IMG/VR virus record: IMGVR_UViG_3300028588_000820
Length of the DNA stretch: 64,000 nucleotides
DNA from: a virus
Strand: one strand, 5' to 3'
The notes under the pieces are model-generated. The model was not told where the DNA came from and did not search any database. It saw only the letters and a list, made by a program, of their open reading frames with translations. Within the stretch, counting starts at the first letter, position 1. Each line of letters opens with the position of its first letter. The position numbers and the translations under genes were made by a program. Shown here piece after piece: positions 27,099-36,080 of this stretch.

Positions 27099-28838
27099 AT
27101 GCCATCACAATCATTTAAAGATTATCTCGACGACAACGATTACAAGCCAACGCTGAAATCAAAGTCTAAGTCGATCGAATACCTAGAAGACCTCAGCGTC
27201 AAAGACTTCATCGATGCTATCCGCAATCTTCACAAAAGCATCGTGGCCGAAAAGCTAGACGGTACCGCATTGACATTCGGTCTTGACGATGATGGCGAGT
27301 TTTATACCACTCGCTCTGGCAAAGGCAGTTCGGACAAGCTATGCTACAAAGCTGCTGACTGGGGCATCTCCGCCGCATCGAATGGCTTCAAGGCCACTCA
27401 CGCTGCGTTGAAGAAGCATTTGGAAACCATTAAGACGGTGATGCAACCAGGTGAAGCGATGGACGTGGAAATCATGTTCGGTCGTCAACCAAATACCATC
27501 GTCTACGGCCTCGATGGCTACAACTACATCGCGTTCCTCAAATCCACTCCGGGCACCAATAAAGAATTGAAGGTCGATCAAAAGAAAGTCAAGAAGCTTT
27601 TCAACAAGCTGAAGGATGAAACTTCTGACGTCCGCACTATCAACGTCGATACAACCGATGGCGAGAACCTGGTCCAAGCACCGACTGTCACCAATTGGAA
27701 ATTTACCACCCCAGAATTCATTGACACTAAGCACTTCGAAGACTCTGACGTTAAGGCAGAACTCGAAAAGCTTGAGAAGTTTCTCAACAAGAGAAATGAC
27801 AAGATGTCTGACATTCTAAATCGTGATGTCACCAACTTCGAAGCGGCTCAAGTCCCATTGACCGATGTTCGTACTGCAATTCGCAGTCAAGCTAAAGCAG
27901 CAAAAGAGGACATCAACGATGCGATCATGAACAAATACAAGTTGCCAATCAAGCAGACATTGCTTGACAAATTTGTCCGTACGGTGAAGCCACGTTTGCA
28001 AGATCGCGATGTTGAGCCAGCGGAAGACTTGGGCATGGAAGGTATTGTCGTTCTTGATCCTAAGACACAGAAACAGTTCAAGATCGTAGACAAAGAAACC
28101 TTCACCACTTTGAACCGTTTCAACTACGAGGTCCGCAATAACATTCGTGGCGTTGTTCGCTCCGAAGATGAAGATGCTCCATTGAACCTGCGTGGCGGTT
28201 TGCTCGGCACTGCTAAGATTCGCATCGCTCGCTTGTTCAACATGCCAGGTCTCGGCAAAGGTTACACCACTAAGAAGGTCATCGCGAAGTTCAAAGGCGC
28301 TAATGCTGATGAGACTGTTGCAAACCTAGCACAATCGCTACAAGATGCTGATTGGAGAGCTTACAAGGAAAAGATCAACGCGATTATCGTTGACACTTTG
28401 AAAGAGCTTCAAGAGGCATTGGATAACTTCAAAGAGAATTTCCACGATTACAAAGTCAAGTTGGAAAGCGGTAAAGAAGTTGGCTACACACAAGAGGTTG
28501 TTCGTCGTACACTTCTAGTGTTTGCCGAGACTCGTCAATCTTTGAAGCGTATGCAAAGCAAGATCGACGAAGCTCAGGGCATGGAAGACATCATCGTCGG
28601 TATGTTCGGCAAATCGATTAAGCAACTATTCGGTGACACGCCTGAGGCCGGAGAGGACTCAATCACCGAAGATGAAGGTGGAGCTGGAGAACCAGTCGGT
28701 ACCGTCTCCCCTTTGGGCCCTGGTACGTTCAGCGGTGCCATTGCTCCACTACCGAAGCGTTTGTTCCCTGGCAAGATGATCCGTCGCATTGTCAAGACCG
28801 GCGTGAAGGTAAAGCGCAAAAAGAAGTCAAATAAATAA
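27099..28838 (+). CDS. ligase/nucleotidyltransferase-fold protein (DUF6267-like)
   Basis: IEYLEDL, EKLDG (KxDG), EGIVV, FKIVDKxxF; start probably ATG27099. Confidence 0.65.
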   Translation: MPSQSFKDYLDDNDYKPTLKSKSKSIEYLEDLSVKDFIDAIRNLHKSIVAEKLDGTALTFGLDDDGEFYTTRSGKGSSDKLCYKAADWGISAASNGFKATHAALKKHLETIKTVMQPGEAMDVEIMFGRQPNTIVYGLDGYNYIAFLKSTPGTNKELKVDQKKVKKLFNKLKDETSDVRTINVDTTDGENLVQAPTVTNWKFTTPEFIDTKHFEDSDVKAELEKLEKFLNKRNDKMSDILNRDVTNFEAAQVPLTDVRTAIRSQAKAAKEDINDAIMNKYKLPIKQTLLDKFVRTVKPRLQDRDVEPAEDLGMEGIVVLDPKTQKQFKIVDKETFTTLNRFNYEVRNNIRGVVRSEDEDAPLNLRGGLLGTAKIRIARLFNMPGLGKGYTTKKVIAKFKGANADETVANLAQSLQDADWRAYKEKINAIIVDTLKELQEALDNFKENFHDYKVKLESGKEVGYTQEVVRRTLLVFAETRQSLKRMQSKIDEAQGMEDIIVGMFGKSIKQLFGDTPEAGEDSITEDEGGAGEPVGTVSPLGPGTFSGAIAPLPKRLFPGKMIRRIVKTGVKVKRKKKSNK

Positions 28839-28866
28839 CCCAATAAACTGGATAACGGAGTCCACT

Positions 28867-29754
28867 ATGGATTTTCTAAAAGAACTACTATCACTAAAAG
28901 AACAAGAACCCGAAAAGGCAGTGTCAGCATCAGACGTTAAAGTCGATGACGAAGTCCATGCACAATTGGATGGCGCTGCAAAAGAGGATGACATGGATGC
29001 TCAATGCTTCGGCCTCGAAATGGAGGACGGCAAAGTCGTTAAGGTCTACGTCAAGCAGGAAGATGCTGAGGAATTCGAAGAAGCAATGTCGAAACGCCTT
29101 GGTGAAGACGATGACATCGAAACTGCCCTAGAAGAGCTTGGCAAAGACTTCGAAATCCTTGACATCAAATGGCCAGACGAAGAGTCGGAAGATGAGGAAT
29201 CTGAAGATGAGGAAAATGAAGACGGCGGCGAATCCCTAAACCCAGACGTCAATTATGACGACACTGAAGAGGAAGAACCAAAGCAAGAACAACGTCTATC
29301 ACTTGGCCAACGTTTCGCAAAACGTCTAACTGAATTGAAGTGGTCGGATGAAGACTCAAGCGAATACGAACGTGCTCGCAACGAAGCTAATCCACGCGGT
29401 AAGGAAGATGAAGAAGCTGAAGGCGATGAAGAAATTCCTGATGTTGACGATGATCCTCGTGCTCCAAAGCCAGAGGCTCCTCAAGCAACTAAGTCTTCGT
29501 GGAAGATCGACAAAGACGAGAAGGGTGGCATGGCAATCGGTAATGATCGCTTCTCCATCGAGCTCGACGACAGCGAAACAATGGAACTGATGAATGCAAT
29601 CACTGACAAGAAAATTGCACGCTTCAAAAACGAACATGGCAAAGTGGTGTACGTGTTTACACCAAAAGGCTCTGAATACATTTTGAAAACGCCAGAATAC
29701 CAAGGCGGTTTCAGACTACCAAAGGACGTCGTGGATCAAATCCTAGACAACTAA
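28867..29754 (+). CDS. acidic late protein, possible internal head protein
   Basis: MDFLKELLSLKE; D/E-rich; late promoter. Confidence 0.75.
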   Translation: MDFLKELLSLKEQEPEKAVSASDVKVDDEVHAQLDGAAKEDDMDAQCFGLEMEDGKVVKVYVKQEDAEEFEEAMSKRLGEDDDIETALEELGKDFEILDIKWPDEESEDEESEDEENEDGGESLNPDVNYDDTEEEEPKQEQRLSLGQRFAKRLTELKWSDEDSSEYERARNEANPRGKEDEEAEGDEEIPDVDDDPRAPKPEAPQATKSSWKIDKDEKGGMAIGNDRFSIELDDSETMELMNAITDKKIARFKNEHGKVVYVFTPKGSEYILKTPEYQGGFRLPKDVVDQILDN

Positions 29755-29755
29755 G

Positions 29756-30412
29756 ATGGACAAGTTTAACTATCCGAACATTGATACTGTCAACTACAAT
29801 GGACAGCGCTGGTACTCATGTGAGGAGGGTGTTGCGTACCCAAGTATCACGACGATTCTTGGGTTCACAATGCCAGAAGAAAAGAAGAAGAGCTTAGAGA
29901 ACTGGCGTACAATGTTGGGCCCAATCGTCGCTGAAAAGAAGATGAAGCAGGCTACGACACGTGGTACGCACGTTCACGAAATGCTCGAACAGTTCCTCAA
30001 AGGTGAGCCGGTCAAAACGGCTGGCATTCCACCAGAGGACATCGATGTCTTCAACTCACTCAAACTAAGCCTTCGTGGCATCACAGAAATCTACGGCCAA
30101 GAGATGGCCTTGTACTCTGACGTTTTGCAAGTTGCAGGCCGTTGTGACTTGGCTGGACGTTGGAAGGGTGAAGAAGCGATCATCGACTTCAAAACATCCG
30201 GTCGCTTCAAAGAAGAAAAAGAGATTCAAGACTATTGGGTCCAATGTGCATTTTATGCACTAGCTCACAATGAACAGTACGGAACGAACATCGAGAAGGG
30301 CGTGATCCTAATGGGTGTTGCTGGTGGCCTACCACAAGTCTTCGTAAAGGACTTGATGCCATATGTTTCGATCCTAGTTGAGCGAATCGAGAAATTCTAC
30401 AATTCACTGTAA
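29756..30412 (+). CDS. PD-(D/E)xK exonuclease (phage Cas4/YqaJ-like)
   Basis: YPSITTIL, RGTxVH, E, AGRCD, IIDFKTS, QxxxYA. Confidence 0.88.
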   Translation: MDKFNYPNIDTVNYNGQRWYSCEEGVAYPSITTILGFTMPEEKKKSLENWRTMLGPIVAEKKMKQATTRGTHVHEMLEQFLKGEPVKTAGIPPEDIDVFNSLKLSLRGITEIYGQEMALYSDVLQVAGRCDLAGRWKGEEAIIDFKTSGRFKEEKEIQDYWVQCAFYALAHNEQYGTNIEKGVILMGVAGGLPQVFVKDLMPYVSILVERIEKFYNSL

Positions 30413-30465
30413 AAATCCTTTTTTGGACGGTGAAAGATAAATATAAGTACCTATAGGAAAAAATC

Positions 30466-30903
30466 ATGTCAAAACAAACTCTAAATGAAGCAACCCTCCT
30501 AGCTCCAGTGTTCAACGGCTCTGACGAAGAAGTTGTCGCTGCTACCCAAGCGTGGTCATCGGTCATCTCAAGCTTGACCTACGCTTGCGGTCCATCATAT
30601 GGCATCGGCGGCACCATTCAAATGTCCGCAGAGAATAAGCGTGCATTGCTAGTCGCGATGCAAGCGTATTTGACCTCGAAGATGGATGAAGTCAACAACG
30701 TGACTACCCCTCCAGTTCCAGCTCCGACCGTTCCATTCGTTCCTCCAGTTGTCGCTGTTCCGACCGACCAATGCCCGACCGAGATCGAAATCTCCTACGA
30801 GCAGAAGGAAGAACAAAAACAACCAGTGAAAGAATCAGTGAGCCCGGCACTAAAGCGTATGCTTGAGCTAGCTCGTATTCCACACTCTGGCAACTACGTA
30901 TAA
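30466..30903 (+). CDS. late protein, possible internal head protein
   Basis: TLNE at N-terminus; C-terminal VKES...KRMLELARI. Confidence 0.7.
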   Translation: MSKQTLNEATLLAPVFNGSDEEVVAATQAWSSVISSLTYACGPSYGIGGTIQMSAENKRALLVAMQAYLTSKMDEVNNVTTPPVPAPTVPFVPPVVAVPTDQCPTEIEISYEQKEEQKQPVKESVSPALKRMLELARIPHSGNYV

Positions 30904-30912
30904 GAGGATCAC

Positions 30913-32403
30913 ATGCGAATTGGCGTACTAACAGAAGAACCAAAGAACGAAGACGTCGCCATTGCTTTGAAAGAAGCCGGTGAAAAGTTAGGTGCGGAGA
31001 TTGTTATCATCGACCTCAACGAATGTGCCGTCGTGAACAACGCTGAACCTCTAGTCCTTTATCAAGGCAAGCCACTAGACAATCTTGACGCTTGTCTAGT
31101 GCGTGGCTCTGAAAGTAAGTTGGAGTTCCGTACTCACATCGTCGACTACTTGACCAAGCAAGGCGTTCGCATGATCAACAAATCAGATGCGATCAAGATT
31201 TGCGACAACAAGTTCGCGACTCAATCGCTACTGAACGGCATCGGCGTTAAGACTCCAAAGACCGTGACCGTTGTTCAGATCGAACAGCTTGATGCAGCAG
31301 TCGCCTACATCGGTGACAAGTTCCCTATGATCGTGAAGACCGTTTCGGGTTCGCACGGCGTTGGTGTTATCAAAGTTGAATCATATGAAAGCTTGAAGTC
31401 AATCACCCAGTACTTGCTAGCTGAGAAGACTGATCTAATGGTTCAAGAATTTATTCCGCATAAGGAATCAGGCCGCATCATGATTCTTGGTGACAAGATT
31501 GTGGCTGCAGTGATGCGTACCATTCCAGACGGAGACTTCCGTTCAAACATGGATCAAGGCGCAGAACTAAAGAAGCACACTGCGACCGACATGGAAACAG
31601 AAATTGCGTTGAAGGTATCTAAGGCACTAGGCTGCGAACTATCGGCAATCGACTACATCATGGACGAAGGCGGCGAAATGGTTATCTTCGAAGCCAATAG
31701 CTCACCAGGCTTGAAAGGCATCCAAAGCGTGAACGAGGAAATCGACATTGCTAAGGAAATCATGACCTTCATCGTTGGCAACAACGCAGTCGCATCAGCA
31801 CCAAACGATGTTGACTTGACTAAAGGCCCAGCGGTAGTTTCCACTGAGAAATCAGAAGAGGAAGAAGAGGAAGAAAAGAAGAAGCCTGGCTACATCGCGA
31901 TCGAAGTGCCAAGTGACGTAGAGATGAAATCAGGCGCCGCTGGGGACGTTAGTGGTGAAGGCAATGATGAATCAGGTTCGAAAGACGAAGAAAGTGCCCA
32001 GGGATCGTCTGAGGAAGAGGAAGAAGCAACTGCTGTCGGCCTAGAAGAAAAGATCGTCATCAAGCATATCAATGACAATCAGCCGTTTGAAGGTAAGGTA
32101 GATACTGGCGCTGATCGCTGCAGCCTACATGGCGAGAACATCGAAGTTGGTGAAAACTATGTTCGCTTCAGCATCGGTGAGACCCGTTACAAAGTGGCAC
32201 TAGAACGATTCGTTACCGTGTTGGCTGCGAATGGTAGTGAGAAGCGACCAATCGTAAAGTTCAATGTAGAGTTCAACGGCAATAGCTTTGAGAACATCGA
32301 ATTCAACATTTCCGATCGTTCCGATATGAAGTATCAGGTCATCATCGGTAAGAATCTTTTAGAGGTGGCCGGGGTTCTAGTTAACCCAACTCAGGAAAAA
32401 TAA
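30913..32403 (+). CDS. RimK-like ATP-grasp ligase fused to RimB-like retropepsin protease
   Basis: DNKF, PMIVKxxxGSHGVGV, VQEFI, DFRSN, EANSSPG; C-terminal KVDTGA...KRP...DRSDM...IIG. Confidence 0.9.
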   Translation: MRIGVLTEEPKNEDVAIALKEAGEKLGAEIVIIDLNECAVVNNAEPLVLYQGKPLDNLDACLVRGSESKLEFRTHIVDYLTKQGVRMINKSDAIKICDNKFATQSLLNGIGVKTPKTVTVVQIEQLDAAVAYIGDKFPMIVKTVSGSHGVGVIKVESYESLKSITQYLLAEKTDLMVQEFIPHKESGRIMILGDKIVAAVMRTIPDGDFRSNMDQGAELKKHTATDMETEIALKVSKALGCELSAIDYIMDEGGEMVIFEANSSPGLKGIQSVNEEIDIAKEIMTFIVGNNAVASAPNDVDLTKGPAVVSTEKSEEEEEEEKKKPGYIAIEVPSDVEMKSGAAGDVSGEGNDESGSKDEESAQGSSEEEEEATAVGLEEKIVIKHINDNQPFEGKVDTGADRCSLHGENIEVGENYVRFSIGETRYKVALERFVTVLAANGSEKRPIVKFNVEFNGNSFENIEFNISDRSDMKYQVIIGKNLLEVAGVLVNPTQEK

Positions 32404-32415
32404 TAGGACTGGATA

Positions 32416-33177
32416 ATGTACACACCCAATAACATTCGTTTTCGTATTGTTTCAAGCTGCGCTATCGCTCAGTTCAAACAGGATCAAGCATTTGATTTCA
32501 ACGAACTGATCAATAACGACGCGTATTCGTTCTCTCCTGAGGCGAGAGAAACGCTGTTGCTCAATTATGAGCTATGGTTTAAATTCATTGGCCGCCTCGA
32601 AAAGATGATGATCCGCACAATGCATTCAAACGACGCAATTGGCGAATTGGTTGTGGCAATGGATGCGTTGGCAAAGGATACGCTGACGGAGTTGCAGGAC
32701 GTTATCCAAACACACCCTACGATTTTCAATACTGAGTCTCCGACTACTGCGTTGATCATGAAGGCACACCGTCCGTTCATCGAGCACATCTTCGACACCA
32801 TCGGTAAATCACGCGACTTGAGCATGTACCTAGCATTTCCAAGGATCGTGAATGCAATCTCAAACTGCTTGCATAATCTGCTTTTCATCCTCCATGAGGT
32901 TGAGAATTTGAAGAAGGCACAAGGCGAGAATTTCCTATCGATGACACAAGAGATATTTGAAATCTGGGGTGTGACTGGAGTTTGTCCTCTACAAACGAGA
33001 GCCGAACTATATAGTAAGGCATTCTCAGTGAATGAGTTCTTCATCAAGAACTACTCAGGCCGTCAGGTAGAACCGCTTTGCTTTGAGCTCATGGGACAAG
33101 TAGGAGTTACGATCAAAGGCATCAACGATCATGATAACTTCGACCACCACAATGCACATTGCGAAATTGCTGTGTAA
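32416..33177 (+). CDS. hypothetical protein
   Basis: AGGA SD, 253 aa. Confidence 0.75.
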   Translation: MYTPNNIRFRIVSSCAIAQFKQDQAFDFNELINNDAYSFSPEARETLLLNYELWFKFIGRLEKMMIRTMHSNDAIGELVVAMDALAKDTLTELQDVIQTHPTIFNTESPTTALIMKAHRPFIEHIFDTIGKSRDLSMYLAFPRIVNAISNCLHNLLFILHEVENLKKAQGENFLSMTQEIFEIWGVTGVCPLQTRAELYSKAFSVNEFFIKNYSGRQVEPLCFELMGQVGVTIKGINDHDNFDHHNAHCEIAV

Positions 33178-33265
33178 ACTTGATGAAAAACCGGTAAAAT
33201 AATAAATACTAGCGATGTCCTCAGGGAAGTGGATGTCGGCAATATTTATGAACCGATGAGGTAAT

Positions 33266-33826
33266 ATGGAAGCGCTAGTAAAATTTTTAAGCGACCTTAT
33301 CAACACTCAAGGCGTATCGGGTACTTGGATTTCGGTATGCCTTGGAGTGTCTTCGATAGGTGTCCTAGTTTTCTATATCATCAAAAGCATAATGCTCTTG
33401 CAATCGCACTCCAAGGTGCCAGACGGGCTCGCAATGAAGGAAGACGTGAACTCTGTCAAGGTTGTTCTGCAAGACGACAATAAGTATATCCTGAAGATTT
33501 TGGAAGGCATTAACGAGCGTATTAAGCGTGATGTATATGAACGTTTGATTTCTCTTGAAGACGCCAACGACAATCTTCTCGAAATCTGTAGGCAACTTGA
33601 GGCTGAGATGGTGAAGGTCCAACTTCTTGCACATCAGTTGAAGAGCATGCAAGATGAAGAATCGAAAGCATCCACTGAAATTCTCCATGATGTTAATGGT
33701 CTCGTGACGGACACTAGGGTACAGCATAGCGAACTTGCTCGTCAGGTTCAAGCATTGCAGGTCGATCTAGCTTCACTTCACGGTACGTTGATTGGCTTGA
33801 ACACTCAACGCACAAGGTTGAAATAA
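33266..33826 (+). CDS. membrane-anchored coiled-coil protein
   Basis: TM at aa ~20-45, heptads, late promoter. Confidence 0.75.
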   Translation: MEALVKFLSDLINTQGVSGTWISVCLGVSSIGVLVFYIIKSIMLLQSHSKVPDGLAMKEDVNSVKVVLQDDNKYILKILEGINERIKRDVYERLISLEDANDNLLEICRQLEAEMVKVQLLAHQLKSMQDEESKASTEILHDVNGLVTDTRVQHSELARQVQALQVDLASLHGTLIGLNTQRTRLK

Positions 33827-33832
33827 ACCCCT

Positions 33833-33863
33833 AAAGCTGAACCCTAAAAAGTTCAGCTTTTTT
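33833..33863 (+). terminator. intrinsic terminator
   Basis: AAAGCTGAAC...GTTCAGCTTTTTT. Confidence 0.75.
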
Positions 33864-33914
33864 GTTTCTGCAAAATGCATAAATATAAGAAAACAATAAC
33901 ATAAAGGTTTAACA

Positions 33915-34547
33915 ATGTCGAAGGCAAAATCCCCGTTTCTCGTGTATCAGGATTTCATGTCACCTAAAGCGTGCCAGGAGATTCTAGATATGGTGAAGGT
34001 CACTGCACCTAATAGGGATGCAGACGGCTACGCCACAAAGTTGGAACGCTTCCACAACGAAGCAGAAGACAAACTATTCGCTCGCCTCAAACCTCTGGTT
34101 CCAGAGATTGAAGAGCACTATGGCCTAAAGTACAAAGGCACCGAGCATCTAGTATTCCAACATTTCCCAGAAGGCATGAAAGGCCTTGCTGAAGCCCCTC
34201 ATTGCGAGAACTCACAGTACCTGCGTAAGAAGTGGGTCAAGGTCCGCGATCGCGACCTCACTGGTATCCTCTGGCTAAAAGATTACAACGACCAAGTACC
34301 GCTCGATCCAAAGATCGAAGTGTATGGTGGCAAGCTCGAGTTCCCGGCGTATAACTTCAGTCTGCAGCCACAGCGCGGCACATTGATGATCTACCCATCC
34401 GGTCCACACTTCATCACTGCTACGTCGCCGGTTCTAGTTGGTGATCTATACGCTGTCCGCTTCCACATCGCAGCCGACGGCACTTGGCTATATCAGCCAG
34501 CAGACTTTGCTGGATCGTGGCAGGAATGGTTCGAGGCGTACGCTTAA
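33915..34547 (+). CDS. 2OG-Fe(II) oxygenase-fold protein (P4H-like) with atypical active site
   Basis: PHCEN, RDLTGILWL, GGKLEF, PxRGTLxIYPS. Confidence 0.75.
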   Translation: MSKAKSPFLVYQDFMSPKACQEILDMVKVTAPNRDADGYATKLERFHNEAEDKLFARLKPLVPEIEEHYGLKYKGTEHLVFQHFPEGMKGLAEAPHCENSQYLRKKWVKVRDRDLTGILWLKDYNDQVPLDPKIEVYGGKLEFPAYNFSLQPQRGTLMIYPSGPHFITATSPVLVGDLYAVRFHIAADGTWLYQPADFAGSWQEWFEAYA

Positions 34548-34564
34548 AAATATTTTAGAAAAAA

Positions 34565-34602
34565 GTGTACATTTCCTAAAAGTTTGGATATTATAGCTAC
34601 AT
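34565..34602 (+). promoter_or_regulatory. early promoter
   Basis: GTGTACA-N17-TATTAT-AGCTACAT. Confidence 0.85.
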
Positions 34603-34644
34603 CGGAACACACTTCGTGATCCACAAACGAAAAGGAGATTCACC

Positions 34645-34971
34645 ATGTCGAAAGCCACCAACGCTACCTACAAGAACGCCAACGCTAACTTCAAGCTGCC
34701 AGTTCTGCTGAAGCGCCTGACCGAAGCCCTGACCGGCTGGAACTTCGAAGTGAAGAAAGTGGAAGTTCGTCGTGGTGAACTCGTCGTCGACTGCGCCTGC
34801 GAATTCAACCCGCCATGGAACGAGCCGCTGCGTGGTATGGTCTCGGCCAAGGAAAAGGTCGGTGTCCGCACCAACAAGTGGAAGCTGAGCCTGGCCCGTG
34901 GCCTGAGCAACACCGAAATCGCCGCGGTCAAGGAACATGTCACCAACCTGCTGAGCGGCAAAGCAGCGTAA
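34645..34971 (+). CDS. early basic protein
   Basis: AAGGAG SD; 11 of 12 Leu codons are CTG. Confidence 0.8.
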   Translation: MSKATNATYKNANANFKLPVLLKRLTEALTGWNFEVKKVEVRRGELVVDCACEFNPPWNEPLRGMVSAKEKVGVRTNKWKLSLARGLSNTEIAAVKEHVTNLLSGKAA

Positions 34972-34976
34972 TTTCA

Positions 34977-35014
34977 GTGTACAGAACTTAAAGTTCTAGT
35001 TAGAATAGCTACAT
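34977..35014 (+). promoter_or_regulatory. early promoter
   Basis: GTGTACA-N17-TAGAAT-AGCTACAT. Confidence 0.85.
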
Positions 35015-35038
35015 ATTCAAACACACACTGGAGTTACC

Positions 35039-35443
35039 ATGCAAGCAGCAATCGCCATGATCGTCGCCGAGCGTCAAGTTAACATCGACGGTGAAAAGTT
35101 CACCGCAACAATTGACCGGTTCATCCCGTTAGTCAAGGACTTCGTTCCAACGCTCGACGACATCAAGGCGGCCTATATCGCAGACGACATCCTCGAGATG
35201 ACCGTCGTTGAAGGTGTCACCATCATTCATGACTGGTACTTCGTCAAAGCCTACGCCGCAAAGCTGGGTTGCGAGATGTTTGATGTGGAATATGCCGAGA
35301 CCGGTGCTGTGCTGAAACACTTCGCAGAACAAGTTGGTTGTTCGTATTACGCTGCACCAAAGGAAGATTTCTACATCTTCAAAGGTGTTGTGCTAGCTCA
35401 GACGGAAGGTAAGAAGTATGTCATTGTGGAAAATATGTCGTAA
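35039..35443 (+). CDS. early hypothetical protein
   Basis: GGAG SD. Confidence 0.8.
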   Translation: MQAAIAMIVAERQVNIDGEKFTATIDRFIPLVKDFVPTLDDIKAAYIADDILEMTVVEGVTIIHDWYFVKAYAAKLGCEMFDVEYAETGAVLKHFAEQVGCSYYAAPKEDFYIFKGVVLAQTEGKKYVIVENMS

Positions 35444-35459
35444 ACTTTTCCAACCAAAC

Positions 35460-35487
35460 AAAAAGGGAGCCAATGGCTCCCTTTTTT
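35460..35487. terminator. bidirectional terminator
   Basis: AAAAAGGGAGCC-AAT-GGCTCCCTTTTTT. Confidence 0.9.
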
Positions 35488-35756
35488 CATGCAGCAATCA
35501 CCGTTGAACTTCCGCTGGCAGTGTGTCCACAAGAAGCCTTATCGCCTTCTCGACATACTGGATGTCCTTCAATAAAGACAGTTGAACTTCCTTCGACCAT
35601 TGTCGGTGGTGTAGGACCGTGTGGTGCTTTGCCATGAGGTTCGACTTGATCGCCAACCACAACGACATTAGCATTCTCAACAAAGACTGTTGAAATCTTC
35701 CCACCTAGTTCCTTACCACCAGCCGAATCCAAAGACTTACGAACAACGCCTGGCAT
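35487..35756 (-). CDS. PAAR spike-tip protein (gp5.4-like)
   Basis: GD..H...H, EGSSTVFIEGHPVCREGDKASCGH. Confidence 0.9.
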   Translation of the reverse strand: MPGVVRKSLDSAGGKELGGKISTVFVENANVVVVGDQVEPHGKAPHGPTPPTMVEGSSTVFIEGHPVCREGDKASCGHTASGSSTVIAA

Positions 35757-36001
35757 TAGTCGTCGTAGCCGTAGCCTTCGTCATCTTCGTCGTCGTCATC
35801 GGTTGAGTCGTCAACGTCATCGGCGTTGTCTTCGACATACTCTTGGATTTCGTCTAGAAGTTCCTTAGCACGTTCCCACATATCAGCCAGGTCTTCATCC
35901 TTGATCGATGACGCCTTGATGTAGCTCTGGATCGCGTAGCCCAGACCTTCTGATTCGATGATGCCAGCGATTTCGCTGATTGAGTGCTTTTGTTTTGCCA
36001 T
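35756..36001 (-). CDS. small acidic protein
   Basis: AAGGA SD, Asp-rich tail. Confidence 0.7.
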   Translation of the reverse strand: MAKQKHSISEIAGIIESEGLGYAIQSYIKASSIKDEDLADMWERAKELLDEIQEYVEDNADDVDDSTDDDDEDDEGYGYDD

Positions 36002-36080
36002 GATGTATCCTTATTATTGTTGTTATGCGGCAGTAGCATAGGTGAGTATTTTACCAATGCGTGGATATTTCAGGAGTTTC

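Noticed and set aside
29756-30412. Cas4-like nuclease as sign of CRISPR-Cas
   Set aside because: No repeat-spacer array or other cas genes seen; no Fe-S Cys cluster; common standalone phage exonuclease
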